From Balanoglossus misakiensis (lineage: Eukaryota; Animalia; Hemichordata), in the NCBI GenBank assembly GCA_040954595.2, contig CM082596.2, positions 9,568,461 to 9,632,460 of the forward strand: DNA of 64,000 bases, given 5' to 3'. Both the position numbers and the translations under genes were made by a program. A model generated the notes under the pieces. The model was not told the origin of the DNA and did not search any database. It saw nothing but the letters and a program-made list of their open reading frames with translations. This document shows, one piece after another, positions 51,213-64,000 of this stretch (the stretch's first letter is position 1; each line of letters opens with the position of its first letter).

Positions 51213-54200
51213 AATATAATCTGGAAATTTCGTGAAAATTAGATAAAACATGATTGAGACACGGAACATCAAACATTGCAAATTTTCATATCTTACCATG
51301 GTGCCATGCAAAAAATAGAGAGATTTTTTTACAAGTTTAGATGATCTCCTGTAAAACTGAAAGAAGTAATCTTCTGTGAATCTTGCATTTTTATGTTGGA
51401 ACCATGTTAACCGCTTTGGTCCCTCAAATGCTGCTTTTAGTAAATGTTTTAATTGTCTTCTTCATGGCGGCCATATTGGATTTTTGGATAACCTTTAAAA
51501 GTTGACATTTTTTTCAAAAACTACAGGGCCAATCAAGTTCTAATTTACTGTGCGGTTCAATGTTTGACAATAATATCATTAGTGGTCATGTGGCTTTGGA
51601 TTTTTGAAAAAATATCATTAAAAAATTTCAAAAATCTATTTCTAATCAAGTTTTCAAGTAAATTGTGATTGGGTAAACCTTATTGAAGCCAAATTGGATT
51701 TTCTGATCTCCAATAAAAGACTAAAATTTCCTATTTCTAGCCTGCTCATTGAAACCACACAAATTCTTTTTATGGATATGAGTCACCATATGACCAGAAT
51801 ATATCACAATTATTAGACTACTTTCACATGTTCTTTGATCAAGTTTTTACAGAACTTGATTAAACAATGTGTTTGCGACTCTCGCATGTCCTTTGATCCA
51901 GTAATTCCAGAACTTATTTTATGTGGATATGCCTCTTGTTAAAAAGCACAACAGTCATGATTTTGTTCACATGAGTACTGCTGCTGCCAGGAAATAACCA
52001 AAATATTTTGCTTATTATGGCAATGACCTTTGATCTACTTTTCCATAAGTTGGCATGCACAGCAGATACAGTCTTCAAATTTGGAGGACTGAAACAACTA
52101 ATGAAGTATTAAACCTTAACACAATAATTTTGTACATAAGCTATTTCAAGTAAACAAATGGAGCTTACAAGTCTGGTTTTTGTTGGACACTGATCAGTTT
52201 AAGATCAAAAATTTGTGTCACAATTTTGCGTGACCTCTGGCTTACTTTACCATTTCTTGGCATCCACAACAAAACAGCCTTTGCTTTCTGTTGGAACCAT
52301 GCTAACCGCTTGGGCCTGTCCCATTTCTTCTTAATGGTGGCCATATTGGATATTCTGATAACCCTTAAAAATTGACATCTTTTCAACAACTACAAGGCAA
52401 ATCAAGTTCTAATTTACTGTGCGGTTCAATGTTTGACAACAATATCATTAGTGGTCATGTCACTTTGGTTGCCATATTGGATTTTTGAAAAATCTCATGA
52501 AAAATTTCACAAATCTTTTTCTAATCAAGTTTTCAAGTAAATTGTGATTGGGTAAACCTTATTGAGCCAAATTGGATTTTCTGATCTCCGATAAAAGACT
52601 AATATTTCCTATTTCTAGCCTGCTAATAGAAACCACACAAATTCTTTTTATGGATATGAGTCACCATATGACCAGAATATATCACAATTATTAGACTACT
52701 TTCACATGTTCTTTGATCAAGTTTTTACAGAACTTGATTTAAACAATTTATTTGCGACTCTCGCTTGTCCTTTGATCCAGTTATTCCAGAACTTATTTTA
52801 TGTGGATATGCCTCTTGTTAAAAAGCACAGCAGTCATGATTTTGTTCACACGAGTACTACTGCTGCCAGGACAAAACCCAAATCTTTTGATAATTTTGGC
52901 AATGACCTTTGATCTACTATCCCATGCCTTGGAATGTACAGCAGATACAGCCTTCAAATTTGGTGGACTGGAACACCTAATGAAGTATTAAACTTTAACA
53001 CAATAATTATGTACATAAGCTATTTCAAGTTAACCAATAGAGCTTAGAAGTCTGGTTTTTTGTTGGACACTGATCAGATTGATATCAAATTTTGTTAGCA
53101 CAATTTTGCATGACCTCTGGCTTACTTTACCATTTCTTGGCATCCACAACAGAAACAGCCTTTGCTTTCTTTTGGAACCATGCTTACCACTTTGGTCCCT
53201 CCAATGCAGCATGTTGCTTTAATTGTCTTCTTCATGGTTGCCATATTGGATTTTTTGGAGATGCGTTTAACGTCAGAGTTGGAAGTATTTTTAGTAAAGT
53301 CTGGGAAGTGACATGTCTTCAAAGTGACTGATGTTATCTGCTAAGAGCTGAATGCCCATGGGTGTTCTTTCCTAGATTTTACATTTTCTTAGCATTTTAT
53401 AGACCTGTGTATAACTATAATTTTAGTTATATATTCTAATTTGAGTTTAGGTAGAGTATGCATGGAATTATAGTTATTATTCTGTAATTACCCAACCAAA
53501 TATGTTGTCTAACTAATGGATATTTTGATTGTCAATTTGCACAGGCAACATTATTGAAGTAGCATTGAGAGTAGTTGTTAATATAGCAGAGCTTCTAACT
53601 GGAAAGAAGAGCTTAGTAAATTTATCAGCTCATAATATTCCTTTAACCAATGAACTTTATATGAACTTGCACACCTGCGTTAAAGATACAGGGATTAATT
53701 TTCAGGAAACCTTACCAGCTCTAGTACAATTTTTGGAGCCAGAAATTGAATCCCCCCCCCAAAAAAAAATAAAAAAATAAAAAAAAATAAAAAATAATAG
53801 TAATTTTATAAAGACACAGTCAGAAAAAAAACAGAGAAAGCCAGCAAGGAAGGGAGAAAAGTGGAATACATGAAAGGCACAGTTTGCTTAAAATACGTGT
53901 GTATGCAGTAAAACTGTATGGTGCAACGGCGTCCATTTTTATGATTTATAGCCAGCCAGTCTTTCCATGCATATCATACCAGAATTTAATATGAAATTCT
54001 TGTTAATGTTAATAGTCTACAAGGATAGTACAGGTAACATGTAGAAATTAAACTATCCAACTTTCTCCACTTTTGATATCTGCTCGACACAGGCAAGCAA
54101 AAGGGCCGATCTGAGACTTTGACTTGAATGATGGCAATTTTTGCTGTCCAGAAGCAACTGTATAACATTTTTTTGATAGTAATATCAGCTTTATGATTGC

Positions 54201-56074
54201 TAAAATACACAAGAATTTAAATATTTCCACTTACTACAGTGATTGAACTGATTTTCAGCAAATTGCAATGTATAAACAAATATTGCCATCTAATGAAATG
54301 TCAACCCAATATGGCCGCCCATTTGCAATGGTAAAATGCTAGGTTTACCATATTTGAGCGCCTGGGAATTTAAATTATAATCCAGATATCAAAAACATAA
54401 GTCACTATCTGTATCTGCACATATATTGTAATATAATCTGAAAATTTCGTGAAAATTAGATCAAACATGATTTAGACACGGAACATCAAACATTGCAAAT
54501 TTTCATATTTTACCATGGTGCCATGCAAAAAATAGAGAGATTTTTTTTACAAGTTTAGATGATCTCCTGTAAAACTGAAAGAAGTAATCTTCTGTGAATC
54601 TTACATTTTTATATAATTTGGTAAAATTCTTTGAAAAATGGTGAAGATACTTGAGAATCTCAGTATTATTTGATGCGTTTGTACGCTGAAATCCGGTGAA
54701 CCGATTTTGATAATTTTCTTTGTTATAACCTACTAAGATGTATAAACATTTTTATCAGAAAAATAAACGACAATCTTGGAGTAAATTTTTAACTGATCTT
54801 CCTTATATAATTTTAATGGTCCAGCTGTTACAGGGACCACCAGCTATTTTATTATAAACTGGTGGTAGGTCAGTGAATGCCTCTGTCTGATTGGACTAAT
54901 TAATTTGTCATACTCGCATGTATTTTTACAGACAGTTTTTGGACAAAAATCAGTTGTTGTTTTTTTAGTGTAGCTTGTAAGATTGCTGTGACACATAACA
55001 CTTTATTTGGCATAGTTAATTTTTTTATGTTTCCATAGTATTTAAATATTAATGCCATATATGCTTGCCAATGTCGCCCCTGAATTTAATTCTGGTGAAT
55101 ACCTAATTTCTGAGTAATCCCCAAAGGGCACCACAGTGTCCTTTACATTATTTTATAAGAAGTAAATTATACATAGATATGCATCTTGTTAAAAAGCCCA
55201 ACAGTCATGATTTTGTTCACATGAGTACTACTGCTGCCAGGACATAACCCAAATCTTTTGATAATTTTGGCAATGACCTTTGATCTACTATCCCATGCCT
55301 TGGCATGTACAGCAGATACAGCCTTCAAATTTGGTGTTCTTATTGACTGTGCGGTTCAATGTTTGACAATAATATCATTAGTGGTCATGTGGCTTTGGAT
55401 TTTTGAAAAATATCATAAAAAAATTCAAAAAATCTATTTCTAATCAAGTTTTCAAGTAAATTGTGATTGGGTAAACCTTATTGGAGGCAAATTGGATTTT
55501 CTGATCTCCGATAAAAGACTAAAATTTCCTATTTCTAGCGTGCTCCTTGAAACCACACAAATTCTTTTTACGGATATGAGTCACCATAGGACCAGAATAT
55601 ATCAAAATTATTAGACTACTTTCAGATGTTCTTTGATCAAATTTTTACAAAACTTGATTGAACAACTTGTTTGTGACTCTCGCATGTCCTTTGATCCAGT
55701 AATTCCAGAACTTATTTTATGTGGATATGCCTCTTGTTAAAAAGCACATCTGTCATGATTTTGTTCACATGAGTACTACTGCGGCCAGGACATAACCCAA
55801 ATCTTTTAGATAATTTTGGCAATGACTTTTAATCTACTATCCCATGCCTTGGCAAGTACAGCAGATACAGCCTTCAAATTTGGTGGACTGCAACACCCAA
55901 TAAAGTATTAAACTTTTACACAATAATTTTGTACATAATCTATTTCAAGTTAACCAATAGAGCTTAGAAATCTGGTTTTTTGTTTGACACTGATCAGTTT
56001 AAGATCAAACATTTGTGTCACAATTTTGCGTGACCTCTGGCTTACTTTACCATTTCTTTGCATCCACAACAAAA

Positions 56075-56205
56075 TCAAATCAAATCAATCAAGCAAAAAA
56101 GTTTATATAGCGCCAAAATCCAAAAAGAAATTTTGCCCAATGACGCTCACGGTTAAACCACACTGTATGCTCTTTCGAACATATGAGTTTTCATATGATT
56201 TTTTT
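56075..56205 (-). mobile_element. Extreme 3' end of an L2-type LINE with AACAAAA TSD (duplicated at ~60377-60507)
   Basis: Minus strand KTHMFERAYSVV*, gcgctatataaa and (GATTT)n tail; absent from sister array units. Confidence 0.75.
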
Positions 56206-59200
56206 AACAAAACATCCTTTGCTTTCTGTTGGAACCATGCTAACTGCTTGGGCCCATCCCATTTCTTCTTAATGGCGGCCATATTGGATATTATGATAAC
56301 ACTTAAAAATTGAGCCAGAAATTGAATTACCCCCCCCCCCCAAAAAAAAAAATAAAAAATAAAAAAAATAAAAAAAAATAGTAATTTTATAAAGACACAG
56401 TCAGAAAAAAACAGAGAAAGCCAGCAAGGAAGGAAGAAAAGTGGAATACATGAAAGGCACAGTTTGCTTAAAATACGTGTGTATGCAGTAAAACTGTATG
56501 GTGCAACGGCGTCCATTTTTATGATTTATAGCCAGCCAGTCTTTCCATGCATATCATACCAGAATTTAATATGAAATTCTTGTTAATGTTAATAGTCTAC
56601 AAGGATAGTACAGGTAACATGTAGAAATTAAACTATCCAACTTTCTCCACTTTTGATATCTGCTCGACACAGGCAAGCAAAAGGGCCGATCTGAGACTTT
56701 GACTTGAATGATGGCAATTTTTGCTGTCCAGAAGCAACTGTATAACATTTTTTTGATAGTAATATCAGCTTTATGATTGCTAAAATACACAAGAATTTAA
56801 ATATTTCCACTTACTACAGTGATTGAACTGATTTTCAGCAAATTGCAATGTATAAACAAATATTGCCATCTAATGAAATGTCAACCCAATATGGCCGCCC
56901 TTTTGCAATGGTAAAATGCTAGGTTTACCATATTTGAGCGCCTGGGAATTTAAATTATAATCCAGATATCAAAAACATAAGTCACTATCTGTATCTGCAC
57001 ATATATTGTAATATAATCTGAAAATTTCGTGAAAATTAGATCAAACATGATTTAAACACGGAACATCAAACATTGCAAATTTTCATATTTTACCATGGTG
57101 CCATGCAAAAAATAGAGAGATTTTTTTTACAAGTTTAGATGATCTCCTGTAAAACTGAAAGAAGTAATCTTCTGTGAATCTTACATTTTTATATAATTTG
57201 GTAAAATTCTTTGAAAAATGGTGAAGATACTTGAGAATCTCAGTATTATTTGATGCGTTTGTACGCTGAAATCCGGTGAACCGATTTTGATAATTTTCTT
57301 TGTTATAACCTACTAAGATGTATAAACATTTTTATCAGAAAAATAAACGGCAATCTTGGAGTAAATTTTTAACTGATCTTCCTTATATAATTTTAATGGT
57401 CCAGCTGTTACAGGGACCACCAGCTATTTTATTATAAACTGGTGGTAGGTCAGTGAATGCCTCTGTCTGATTGGACTAATTAATTTGTCATACTCGCATG
57501 TATTTTTACAGACAGTTTTTGGACAAAAATCAGTTGTTGTTTTTTTAGTGTAGCTTGTAAGATTGCTGTGACACATAACACTTTATTTGGCATAGTTAAT
57601 TTTTTTATGTTTCCATAGTATTTAAATATTAATGCCATATATGCTTGCCAATGTCGCCCCTGAATTTAATTCTGGTGAATACCTAATTTCTGAGTAATCC
57701 CCAAAGGGCACCACAGTGTCCTTTACATTATTTTATAAGAAGTAAATTATACATAGATATGCATCTTGTTAAAAAGCCCAACAGTCATGATTTTGTTCAC
57801 ATGAGTACTACTGCTGCCAGGACATAACCCAAATCTTTTGATAATTTTGGCAATGACCTTTGATCTACTATCCCATGCCTTGGCATGTACAGCAGATACA
57901 GCCTTCAAATTTGGTGTTCTTATTGACTGTGCGGTTCAATGTTTGACAATAATATCATTAGTGGTCATGTGGCTTTGGATTTTTGAAAAATATCATTAAA
58001 AAAATTCAAAAAATCTATTTCTAATCAAGTTTTCAAGTAAATTGTGATTGGGTAAACCTTATTGGAGGCAAATTGGATTTTCTGATCTCCGATAAAAGAC
58101 TAAAATTTCCTATTTCTAGCGTGCTCCTTGAAACCACACAAATTCTTTTTATGGATATGAGTCACCATAGGACCAGAATATATCAAAATTATTAGACTAC
58201 TTTCAGATGTTCTTTGATCAAATTTTTACAAAACTTGATTGAACAACTTGTTTGCGACTCTCGCATGTCCTTTGATCCAGTAATTCCAGAACTTATTTTA
58301 TGTGGATATGCCTCTTGTTAAAAAGCACATCTGTCATGATTTTGTTCACATGAGTACTACTGCTGCCAGGACATAACCCAAATCTTTTAGATAATTTTGG
58401 CAATGACCTTTGATCTACTATCCCATGCCTTGGCATGTACAGCAGATACAGCCTTCAAATTTGGTGGACTGGAACACCTTATGAAGAATTAAACTTTAAC
58501 ACAATAATTATGTACATAAGCTATTTCAAGTTAACCAATAGAGCTTAGAAGTCTGTTTTCTGTTGGACACAGCTCAGTTTGATATCAAAATTTGTTGGCC
58601 CAAATTTGCGTGACCTCTGGCTTACTTACAATTTCTCAGCATCAATAACAGATACAGCCTTTGCTTTCTGTTGGAACCATGCTAACCACTTTGGTCCCTC
58701 CAATGCTGCTTTTAGTTGTAATTGTCTTGTTCATGGCGGCCGTATTGGATTTTCGGTTAACCTTTAAAAGGTGACATTTTTTTCAAAAACTACAGGGCCA
58801 ATCAAGTTCAAATTGACTGTGCGGTTCAATGTTTGACATTAATATTGTTAGTGGTCATGTGGCTTTGGATTTTTGAAAAATAGAATAAAGAAAATTCAAA
58901 ACATTTATTTCTAATCAAGTTTTCAAGTAAAATGTGATTGGGTAAACCTTATTGGAGCCAAATTGGATTTTCTGATCTCCGATAAAAGACTAAAATTTCC
59001 TATTTCTAGCGTGTTCATTGAAACCACACAAATTCTTTTTATGGATATGAGTCACCATAGGACCAGAATATATCAAAATTATTAGACTACTTTCAGATGT
59101 TCTTTGATCAAATTTTTACAAAACTTGATTGAACAACTTGTTTGCGACTCTCGCATGTCCTTTGATCCATTAATTCCAGAACTTATTTTATGTGGATATG

Positions 59201-62200
59201 CCTCTTGTTAAAAAGCACATCTGTCATGATTTTGTTCACATGAGTACTACTGCTGCCAGGACATAACCCAAATCTTTTAGATAATTTTGGCAATGACCTT
59301 TGATCTACTATCCCATGCCTTGGCATGTACAGCAGATACAGCCTTCAAATTTGGTGGACTGGAACACCTTATGAAGAATTAAACTTTAACACAATAATTA
59401 TGTACATAAGCTATTTCAAGTTAACCAATAGAGCTTAGAAGTCTGTTTTCTGTTGGACACAGCTCAGTTTGATATCAAAATTTGTTGGCCCAAATTTGCG
59501 TGACCTCTGGCTTACTTACAATTTCTTAGCATCAATAACAGATACAGCCTTTGCTTTCTGTTGGAACCATGCTAACCACTTTGGTCCCTCCAATGCTGCT
59601 TTTAGTTGTAATTGTCTTGTTCATGGCGGCCATATTGGATTTTCGGTTAACCTTTAAAAGGTGACATTTTTTTCAAAAACTACAGGGCCAATCAAGTTCA
59701 AATTGACTGTGCGGTTCAATGTTTGACAATAATATCGTTAGTGGTCATGTGGCTTTGGATTTTTGAAAAATAGAATAAAAAAAATTCAAAACATTTATTT
59801 CTAATCAAGTTTTCAAGTAAAATGTGATTGGGTAAACCTTATTGGAGCCAAATTGGATTTTCTGATCTCCGATAAAAGACTAAAATTTCCTATTTCTAGC
59901 GTGCTCATTGAAACCACACAAATTCTTTTTATGGATACGAGTCACCATAGGACCAGAATATATCATAATTATTAGACTACTTCCACATGTTCTTTGATCC
60001 AGTAATTCCAGAACTTTTTTTATGTGGATATGCCTCTTGTTAAAAAGCACAACAGTCATGATTTTGTTCACATGAGTACTACTGCTGCCAGGACATAACC
60101 CAAATCTTTTGATAATTTTGGCAATGACTTTTGATCTACTATCCCATGCCTTGGCATGTACAGCAGATACAGCCTTCAAATTTGGTGGACTGCAACACCC
60201 AATAAAGTATTAAACTTTTACACAATAATTTTGTACATAATCTATTTCAAGTTAACCAATAGAGCTTAGAAATCTGGTTTTTTGTTTGACACTGATCAGT
60301 TTAAGATCAAACATTTGTGTCACAATTTTGCGTGACCTCTGGCTTACTTTACCATTTCTTTGCATCCACAACACAATCAAATCAAATCAATCAAGCAAAA
60401 AAGTTTATATAGCGCCAAAATCCAAAAAGAAATTTTGCCCAATGACGCTCACGGTTAAACCACACTGTATGCTCTTTCGAACATATGAGTTTTCATATGA
60501 TTTTTTTAACAAAACATCCTTTGCTTTCTGTTGGAACCATGCTAACTGCTTGGGCCCATCCCATTTCTTCTTAATGGCGGCCATATTGGATATTATGATA
60601 ACACTTAAAAATTTACATCTTTTCAACAACTACAAGGCAAATCAAGTTCTAATTTACTGTGCGGTTTAATGTTTGACAATAATATCATTAGTGGTCATGT
60701 CACTTTGGTTGCCATATTGGATTTTTGAAAAATCTCATGAAAAATTTCACAAATCTTTTCCTAATCACGTTTTCAAGTGAATTGTGATTGGTTTATCCTA
60801 ATTAAAGCCAAATCAGATTTTCTAAACACACGATTTAAAAAAAATCCTATTTCTAGCCTACCCAAATTCTTTTAATAGATATGAGTCACCACATGACCAG
60901 ATTATATTACAATTTTTGGGCAATTTTCGAATGTCCTTTGATCCATTTTTTCCAGAACTTAATTGTGCATGGATATGCTTCTTGTCAAAAAGCACACCAG
61001 TCATGATTTTGTTCACAGGAGTTTTGCATCTATAACAGATGCAGCCTTTGCTTTCTGCTGCCAGGAAATAAACAAAATATTTGGAGGACTGAAACACCTA
61101 ATGAAGTATTAAACTTTAACACAATAATTATGTACATAAGCAATTTCAAGTTAACCAATAGAGCTGAGAAGTATGTTTTCTGTTGGACACAGCTCAGTTT
61201 GATATCGAAATTTGTTGGCCCAAATTTGCGTGACCTCTCGCTTACTTACCATTTCTCAGCATCCATAACAGATACAGCCTTTGCTTTCTGTTCGAACCAT
61301 GCTAACCGCTTTGGTCCCTCCAATGCTGCTTTTAGTATTAATTGTCTTCTTCATGGTGGCCATATTGGATTTTCGGATAACCTTTAAAACTTGACATTTT
61401 TTTTCAAAAAATACAGGGCTAATCAAGTTCTAATTTACTGTGCGGTTCAATGTTTGACAATAATAGTATCAGTAGTGGTCATGTGGCTTTGGATGCATAA
61501 TTGAATTTTTGAAAAATATCATAAAAAAAATCAAAAATCTATTTCTAATCAAGTTTTCAAGTAAATTTTGATTGGTTAAAACTAATTGGACCCATATTGG
61601 ATTTTCTGATCTCCGATTAAAAACTAAAATTTCCTATTTCTAGCCTACTCATTGAAAGCACACAAATAATTTTTATGGATATGAGTCACCATATGACAAG
61701 AATATATTTCAATTTGCTGGTGACTCTCGCATCTCCTTTGATACAGTAATTCCAGAACTAAATTTTATGTGGATATGCCTCTTGTTAAAAGCACAACGGT
61801 CATGATTTTGTTCACATTAGTACTACTGCTGCCAGGACATAACACATATATTTTGATAATTTTGGCAATTACCTTTGATGTACTTCCCCATAACTTGGCA
61901 TGCACAGCAGATACATTCTTCAAATTTGGAGGACTTAAACACCTAATGAAGTTTAAACTTGAACACAATATTTATGTACATAAGCTTTTTCAAATTAACC
62001 AATAGAGTTAGAAGTCTGGCTTTTTGTTGGATACGGATCAGTGTGATATCAAATTTTGTTAGCACAATTTTGCATGACCTCTGACTTACTTAACCATTTC
62101 TCAGCATCCATAACAGATACAGCCTTTGCTTTGTGTTGGAACCATGCTAACCACTTTGGCCCCTGCAATGCTGCATGTTGCTTTAATTGTCTCCTTCATG

Positions 62201-64000
62201 GTTGCCATATAGGATATTCTGATAATCTATAAAAGTTGACTTTCTTCAAAACTGCAGGGCGAATCAAGTTCTAATTTACTGTTCACAAAGTTTGACAATA
62301 ATATCATTAGTGGTCATGTGACTTTGGATGCCTTATTGGATTTTTGAAAATCTCATTAAAAAATCTCATTTATTTTTCCTAATCATGTTCTCAAGTGAAT
62401 TGTGATTGGTTTAACCTTATTGGAGCCAAATTGAATTTTCTAAAATCCGATTAACAAATACATTTTCCTATTTCTTGCCTACTAATTGATAGCACACAAC
62501 TATTTTTTATGGATACGAGTCACCATATGACTAGAATATGTTACATTTTTTGGCAACTTTCACACATTCTCTAATCCATTTTTGTTCACTACTTAATTTT
62601 ATGTGGATATGCCTCTTGTTAAAAAGCACAACAGTCATGATTTTGTTCACATGAGTACTACTGCTGCCAGGACATAACCCAAATCTTTTGATAACTTTGG
62701 CAATGACATTTGATCTACTATCCCATGCCTTGGAATGTACAGCAGATACAGCCTTCAAATTTTTAGGACTGGAATACCTAATGAAGTATTAAACGTTAAC
62801 ACAATAATTATGTACATAAGCAATTTCAAGTTAACCAATATAGCTTAGAAGTCTGGATTTTGTTGGACACTGATCAGTTTGATATCAAAATTTGTTGGCA
62901 CAATTTTGCATGACATCTGGCTTACTTTACCATTTCTCGGCATCTGCTACAGATACAGCCTTTGCTTTCTGTTGGAACCATGCTAACCACATTCGTCCCT
63001 CCAATGCTGCTTTTAGCTTTGTCTTCGTCATGGCAGCCATATTGGATTTTCTGATAACCTTTAAAAATTGACTCTTTTCAAAAATTACAAGGCCAATAAA
63101 GTTCTGATTTACTGTGCGGTTCCAATTTTTTCAATAATAATGTTAGTGGTCATGTGACTTTGGATTTATTATGGATTTTTGAAAAATCTCATTAAAAATG
63201 TCAAAAATCTTTTTCTACTTAAGTTTTCAAGTGAATTGTGATTGGTTCAACCTTATTGGATAAAACTTTTGTATGGATACGAGTCGCCATATGACCAGAA
63301 TACATGTTTTTGATCCAGTTTTCTCAGAACTTGATTATACAAAATTTTGACAACTACACATGTCCTTTGATCCAGTGTTTTCTGAACTTAATTGTATGTG
63401 GATACGATTCTTGTTAAAAAGCACAACAGTCATGATTTTGTTTACATGAGTACTGCTGCTGCCGGAACATAACCTTATTTTTTGATAATTTTGGCAATGA
63501 CCTTTGATCTACGTTCCCATAACCTGGCATGCACAGCAGATGCATGTTTCAAATTTAGAGGACTGGAACACCTAATGAAGTACTTTACCATTTCTTGGCA
63601 TCCACAACAGATACAGCCTTTGCTTTCTTTTGAAACCATGCTAACCAGTTTAGCCCCTGCAATCCTGCTTGTAAGTTTAATTGTCTTCTTCATGACGGCC
63701 ATATTGGATTTTCTGATAATTTCTACAAGTTGACATATTTTTTCAAAACTGCAGGGCAAATCAATTACTAATTGACTGTCCGGTTCAAAGTTTGACAATA
63801 ATATCATTAGTGGTCATGTGACTTTTGATGCCTTATTGGATTTTTGAAAATCTCATTATAATTGTCATTTTTTTATCTAATCAAGTTTTCAAGTGAATTT
63901 TGATTGGTTAAATCTCATTGGAGCCAAATTAGATTTTCTAAACTCCGATTAAGAACTAAATTTTCCTATTTTTAGCCTATGCATTGATTGCATACAAATT

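Larger units (their letters stand above)
48218..64000 (+). repeat. Complex higher-order tandem array (~1414-bp X units and ~860-890-bp Y units), runs off the window end
   Basis: X starts at 48218, 49632, 53255, partial 56310; Y period 890 (58441/59331); superimposed duplications offset by 2580 (53986/56566) and 4302 (55984/60286). Confidence 0.95.

Overview
AT-rich, intron-containing eukaryotic (animal, probably marine invertebrate; inference from repeat content) genomic DNA with no intact protein-coding gene. Main contents: (1) a dismembered MED25 (Mediator subunit 25) pseudogene on the + strand (13286-39969). VWA-domain and linker exons are tandemly duplicated (~4.8/5.1 kb) and lesioned in both copies. 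No ACID/PTOV exons or 5' exons were found. Calcium-binding EGF exons sit where the ACID exons should be, and the Gln-rich C-terminal exons follow. (2) A 3.0 kb Foldback/TU-like element with ~1.2-1.4 kb near-identical inverted arms and a CCAAGG duplication whose empty-site paralogue is also in the window. (3) Two sequence-unrelated families of small elements with the same design: short internal inverted repeat plus a 150-200 bp terminal hairpin. One strand carries a GCA triloop and regularly spaced GA/GA mismatches. The one insertion with a clean empty site has no TSD. This suggests mobilisation through a folded single DNA strand. (4) Many non-autonomous DNA transposons (Kolobok, piggyBac, Harbinger, Tc1/mariner, hAT, AcademH/MULE-like, 15-20 bp P-like minis, Helentron-associated) and LINE fragments. 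(5) A complex higher-order tandem array from ~48.2 kb to the window end. All family assignments come from reading termini, TSDs and translations by eye; no database search was run.
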